A DNA stretch of 64,000 nucleotides from Paramoeba atlantica (lineage: Eukaryota > Protista > Discosea), in assembly GCA_977017575.1 (NCBI GenBank), contig CDRNVI010000043.1, forward strand, positions 310,001 to 374,000, in the 5' to 3' direction. Position numbers and translations under genes: made by a program. Numbering within the stretch: position 1 is the first letter of the stretch; each line of letters begins with the position of its first letter. A model generated the notes under the pieces. That model was not told the DNA's origin and did not search any database. It saw only the letters and a program-made list of their open reading frames with translations. Shown in pieces: positions 60,189-64,000 of the stretch.

Positions 60189-61158
60189 CGAGCGAACACG
60201 ATAGTCTAACGAACGGCTAAAAATGTAAGCATTGGCATTGTATGCCCTCGAGTGTAAGAAATCATGAACTGAAAGGCATATTTTTTTCGTCTTACCTTAC
60301 GGAACAGGTAAATAAAGTATTCTGTCTTTAAATATTTACAATGTACTATAACAGACATACGACGAGGTGTACCTGGGGGATCGAAAATGTGGAAAGAAAA
60401 CCTACAGAGTACCCGAACGCAAACCGATATCATCGGTTTCATCTGCCGCATGCAACGGCATTTGATTTGCAATGGCGTCCAGGATTTATCCATCGCAGAT
60501 GGTGGAGACAAACCCGATCTTTACGTAGCCGGAGTGGCGTGCTACAACCGTTTGCTTCATTGGAGAAAACCAATGGAAACCGCGTCCAGCGGTCCTCAAC
60601 GGAGGCCAGCGTGACGCATGACCTCTTCGGTCAGCACCGAAAAGGGGCAGCATGCTCACACGAGGGAGAAGTTCAACTTGAAGGAGTCAGGGAGGGGCGA
60701 TGGGGTGGAAATGCACATAAAAGTAGTAAAATTATGCTCGTTTTCGGGGAAAGAAAGGATGAACTAAGAAAAAAGCACCAACAAGGTGCAGAAGTTGTAC
60801 TTTTCCCAAAGTGTAGCTTCTACAAGTGTATAGCTATAGATTTTAAAGTGTTTTATTAGATAAAGCTCGTGGAACAACTAGCGCGCCTTACGAAGTAGCC
60901 ACAACACCGACGAAAGACGGTTCTGAGAGAGCGAATTCCGATAATTCAAGTTCCATTTCTTACAATCTTATCTGCTTTCATATGCGGGCGCTTGAATCGG
61001 CCTTCGAATTTCACGCGTATTTACTGGTGAGAAATATCAGAACTGTAAAAGCAACTTCGTCGGTGACCTGCTTATGTGGCACGTGCGAAACCCCGGGCTA
61101 GCGTCTACCGTTTAATCCTCCCCGGAAACGGAGCAAGGAGACGTACAGCATTTGTACA

Positions 61159-61584
61159 TTACTGTTTTTTTTTTGAAGGATTGGAAGTTCTTTTTGAAGT
61201 AACATACAGTGTTCTCCCATCAGAAAGAGTTGTACCAGTCAGTTTTTGTGCCTGTTCAGCGAATCCAACCGTGCTAAATTCAATAAAACCAGATCCCTTA
61301 GGTGTGCCATCCGATTGAAGCAATCTGCGAAATTTCGTAATCTCATCGGACAGAGGACCAAAACAAGATTTTATGTGCTCCGAAGCACAATTCGATGTAA
61401 ATCCAGCGAAGAATACGCTTTGATTATTTATGAATTCAAGCTTGGGTTCCACTACCATGGCCTTGTGTCCAGTGGACTGGATGTGGCGTAACGTAAGCTC
61501 TTCTTCAAGCAAGTGTATTTCTTGTTTGAGACGTTCTATTTCTTGTCGAAGCGTTGAACTGTCCACTAAATCATTTATACTCAT
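61159..61584 (-). CDS. Nuclear poly(A)-binding protein PABPN1-like (coiled coil + RRM)
   Basis: EIERLKQEIHLLEEE; RRM with GTPKGSGFIEF, ending LYVTSKRTS (compare IKVIPKRTN). Confidence 0.68.
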   Translation of the reverse strand: MSINDLVDSSTLRQEIERLKQEIHLLEEELTLRHIQSTGHKAMVVEPKLEFINNQSVFFAGFTSNCASEHIKSCFGPLSDEITKFRRLLQSDGTPKGSGFIEFSTVGFAEQAQKLTGTTLSDGRTLYVTSKRTSNPSKKKQ

Positions 61585-61969
61585 TGTAGACTGTAGCGAA
61601 ACGTATAAGACATGAAAATTATTATGCGAATGCTCGTACTACCGTTTCTCCGATTATAATAATTAGCAGATATTTTTGCGCGGAAATTATTCCGTTATTG
61701 TATTCTTTTCCGTTAATGGTTATTCCAATGTGTTTTACCAAGGTTTTACTTGCCATTAAAAAACACAAATATGATACTTAGAGAAATCAAATTAGTATTC
61801 TTACAAAGTTTTTTTTGGCCATTTTTTTTTACAAGTAGTAGTTTTTTAGTAAGGTTACAAGTAATTTATTTTTTACAAGGTTAGTATTTCCCTATTACGC
61901 ACTATTTAGTCTGCACGCAATTTAGATTAAAAACTACTTCTTTACGTCCTGTTATGTTTTTCACATTTT

Positions 61970-62404
61970 TAGTCCCACCTCATGGTTCTCCGAGGCAGAA
62001 ACAGATTACGGGCAGGCATGGGACACATACATTCCCAAACCCTCTCATCACTACTGACCCTCTCCCATCTTCACCACACCTCCTTTCCCCCCCACACCGC
62101 AGTAACCACTAGTCCGCTCTCCCTCCCCTGTGCACCACAGTAACCCCACTTTCTCTTTCTCCTCCACAATAACCATCAACGACTTCATTGATGCTCTTCA
62201 ATCATCATGCTTTATTGTATCCATGTCATGTCCGCAGCAATTTCCCGGAGAAAACACGTGTGGACTTCATGTAGCAAACAACATGTATTGTGCTTTGTTT
62301 CCTTATCTGGGTAGAGGTTACAAAGTGTTTCTATTTTGGCTGCGCCCAGCGACGCATACCCCCTAGTAATTTGTCATCCGCCCTACGCCCCTAGTTATTT
62401 GTCA
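61970..62404 (+). pseudogene. Decayed Ulp1-like protease remnant plus TIR-like repeats (sibling of the 3767-6655 family)
   Basis: FPPHRSNH*SAL (HW motif with TGG>TAG), then CPQQFPGENTCGLHVANNM..ALF versus VPQQQPMTNECALHLVNNL..SLF at 5.8 kb; CCCCTAGT(A/T)ATTTGTCA twice at 62359-62404. Confidence 0.65.
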
Positions 62405-62730
62405 CTGTTCTTCAAAAAAAAAATGCAAAGATTTCTGTTATAATAATTATTGACTGCCCCTATGGATTAAACGCGATTAAATATTCTGATGCTCCACCTG
62501 ATAAAAAATATCTTGTGTTTTTCCTTGGTTTCTTCGAAAAAATCATATTTTCGATGCCATGGTGGTCTATTTGACGACAGATGTTCTTGAGCTGGTACCC
62601 ACCCGGTCGCTGAATCATAAAAGCTACCGTAATTAAGCTTTAAGGTATCTACGGAAAATGATTCTAACTGTACCACGGCAATCCCTTGGGTTCGCATCAG
62701 CATACTTTTTGTCAGGGTATCATGGCGAAA

Positions 62731-63174
62731 TCATGGTGCTTGCGTGGAAACTAACGTTGGATACATCTGATAAAACATTTGAAAGCCACCTGAAAGCACT
62801 GATACGCTCGCAGTATCTTTTTCTGGAATGTTGATTTCCCTCATTACATCTACACAAAGGGCAGCTGCTGCGGGACCACGCTGTTGACTGAACATACAGT
62901 GAAAAACAAGGGTACATTTGGAAATATTGGCCTCGTCGCGTAGAGTTTGCTTCTCAAAAAGACGTCTACGATCAGAAAACAATGTGTGGAGGAATTCCTG
63001 CATTTTTAAGCGGCATAATGATTTTGAAGGCAGATGCAAACTCTGCGGTATGTATCCCTCTGCCCGGTCCTCATCGCGCACATCTACAACAATTACTTCT
63101 TTCCGAAAAAGAGCCCCGCCCTTTATCACAGTGGCAAGCTCTGCGCTAGTTATTTTTCGTACGGACATGTTCAT
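62731..63174 (-). CDS. ACR2: Rhodanese/Cdc25-like phosphatase or As/Sb reductase (ACR2/Ych1-like)
   Basis: VVDVRDED..GYIP.S...PS, VFHCMFSQQRGP (HCx5R), VLSGGF..F. Likely start 63174 or 63168. Confidence 0.85.
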   Translation of the reverse strand: MNMSVRKITSAELATVIKGGALFRKEVIVVDVRDEDRAEGYIPQSLHLPSKSLCRLKMQEFLHTLFSDRRRLFEKQTLRDEANISKCTLVFHCMFSQQRGPAAAALCVDVMREINIPEKDTASVSVLSGGFQMFYQMYPTLVSTQAP

Positions 63175-63338
63175 AAGAAATATTGGGTTTTGTAAACAAC
63201 AATTTTGTTGTACTACTTCTGGTATATTACATGCAGTATGAATATACAGTACTACAGTACGAATTTCAAAACGCAACCTACCATATCCCGTGACGGAAAC
63301 GTTCTGAGAAAATAGAGAACTGAAGAAGCGAAAAAGCG

Positions 63339-63518
63339 GAAACAAATACTGTTCTCTTATTAAGCTTTTCTCCACTATTGTTCACCCTGGTTTGTTTGAA
63401 ACAAATATTATTCTCTTATTAAGCTTTTCTCCACTATTGTTCACCCTGGTTTGTTTGAAACAAATATTATTCTCTTATTAAGCTTTTCTCCACTATTGTT
63501 CACCCTGGTTTGTTCGAA
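63339..63518. repeat. 59-bp tandem repeat, 3 copies
   Basis: Units start at 63339, 63398 and 63457: GAAACAAATA(CTG/TTA)TTCTCTTATTAAGCTTTTCTCCACTATTGTTCACCCTGGTTTGTT. Confidence 0.95.
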
Positions 63519-63892
63519 AAGTGGATTTTCAAAATCGACATGAATTTTTCTTAATTTATTTATCTTATTTTTCGAATAATGTAGTTCATGACACAAGCAC
63601 ATACATTAGGAAAATAGATATTTCAGGTTACATTATCATTTCAGGTTCACTCAAACCCCTTTTCAAACATCTCCCTCTGTTACCCGCTTCACTGGTCTGG
63701 ACTGGTGACCCGCAAACGTGACGTTGAGGGGGCTTTCATTAAAACGGTATCGATGCTTCAAACTTCGACCCCATCTCTCTTGTATTTAATGGCTATGCAC
63801 GGCGATTTTCGGCAAAGGGCACAACCCGTCGAAATACTTATCCTTATAAAATTAATTAAGAAAAGACGCAGTACAGTGTAGTCTACTCGCAA

Positions 63893-64000
63893 TTAATTTC
63901 TGATGTCTGTGCTTTTGCAGTAGGCAAAGACAGTTGTATTGGCCTTCCAAACATGAAAATGTTTTGCCCCAAAATTGTCAGCCATACTATCGTCGGCTAT
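63893..64000 (-). CDS. Possible 3' end of a gene entering from beyond the window
   Basis: 35 sense codons (IADDSMADNFGAKHFHVWKANTT...IRN) then TAA, on the coding strand. Confidence 0.3.
   Translation of the reverse strand: MADDSMADNFGAKHFHVWKANTTVFAYCKSTDIRN

Noticed and set aside
60341-60859. 172-aa plus-strand ORF, and a minus-strand 60402-60653 frame with one internal TAA
   Set aside because: Neither shows a recognisable motif; the plus ORF is antisense to the cluster. Possibly a pseudogene, but unsupported.
8818-63518. CRISPR-like arrays (67-bp and 59-bp repeats)
   Set aside because: Only 2-3 units, no series of unique spacers, no cas genes, eukaryotic context.
1-64000. Stop-codon reassignment (as in Blastocrithidia) to explain the in-frame TAG at 5496
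   Set aside because: Conserved genes end at expected positions with TAG (importin alpha), TGA (DRG1) and TAA (NHP2).
1-64000. tRNA, rRNA, snRNA genes and spliceosomal introns
   Set aside because: None recognised by eye; all identified CDSs are uninterrupted. A tRNAscan-SE/Infernal run would be needed to exclude small RNAs.

Overview
Intron-less, gene-dense eukaryotic DNA from a kinetoplastid. Evidence: homologues of the RNA-editing factors RESC5, RESC10 and a KREN-type endonuclease, an arginyl-tRNA synthetase with the kinetoplastid-type insertion, a spliced-leader-like motif, and about 35 host genes all on the minus strand as one directional (polycistronic) cluster. The short, divergent proteins suggest a Perkinsela-like prokinetoplastid; this is inference and unverified. 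All homology calls come from motif recognition by eye, with no database searches. Three things stand out. (1) A rich set of mobile elements, although trypanosomatids are generally reported to lack DNA transposons: a 2.9-kb TA-flanked pogo-like element carrying a Ulp1/SUMO-protease domain with an intact catalytic set, a decayed second Ulp1 copy 56 kb away, a near-intact Tc1 element, two TA-flanked MITEs, a MULE-like MITE with a 9-bp TSD and a truncated CRE/SLACS-type LINE. (2) Three strong, one weaker and one smaller intragenic GC islands (about 1 kb; the small one about 0.3 kb), each C-rich on its left half and G-rich on its right half. The pattern is strand-symmetric, independent of the protein encoded, and points to a bidirectional process such as replication origins or break/recombination hotspots. 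(3) A spliced-leader relic lacking the GT donor, lying antisense inside a transposon nest at 1.3-9 kb.
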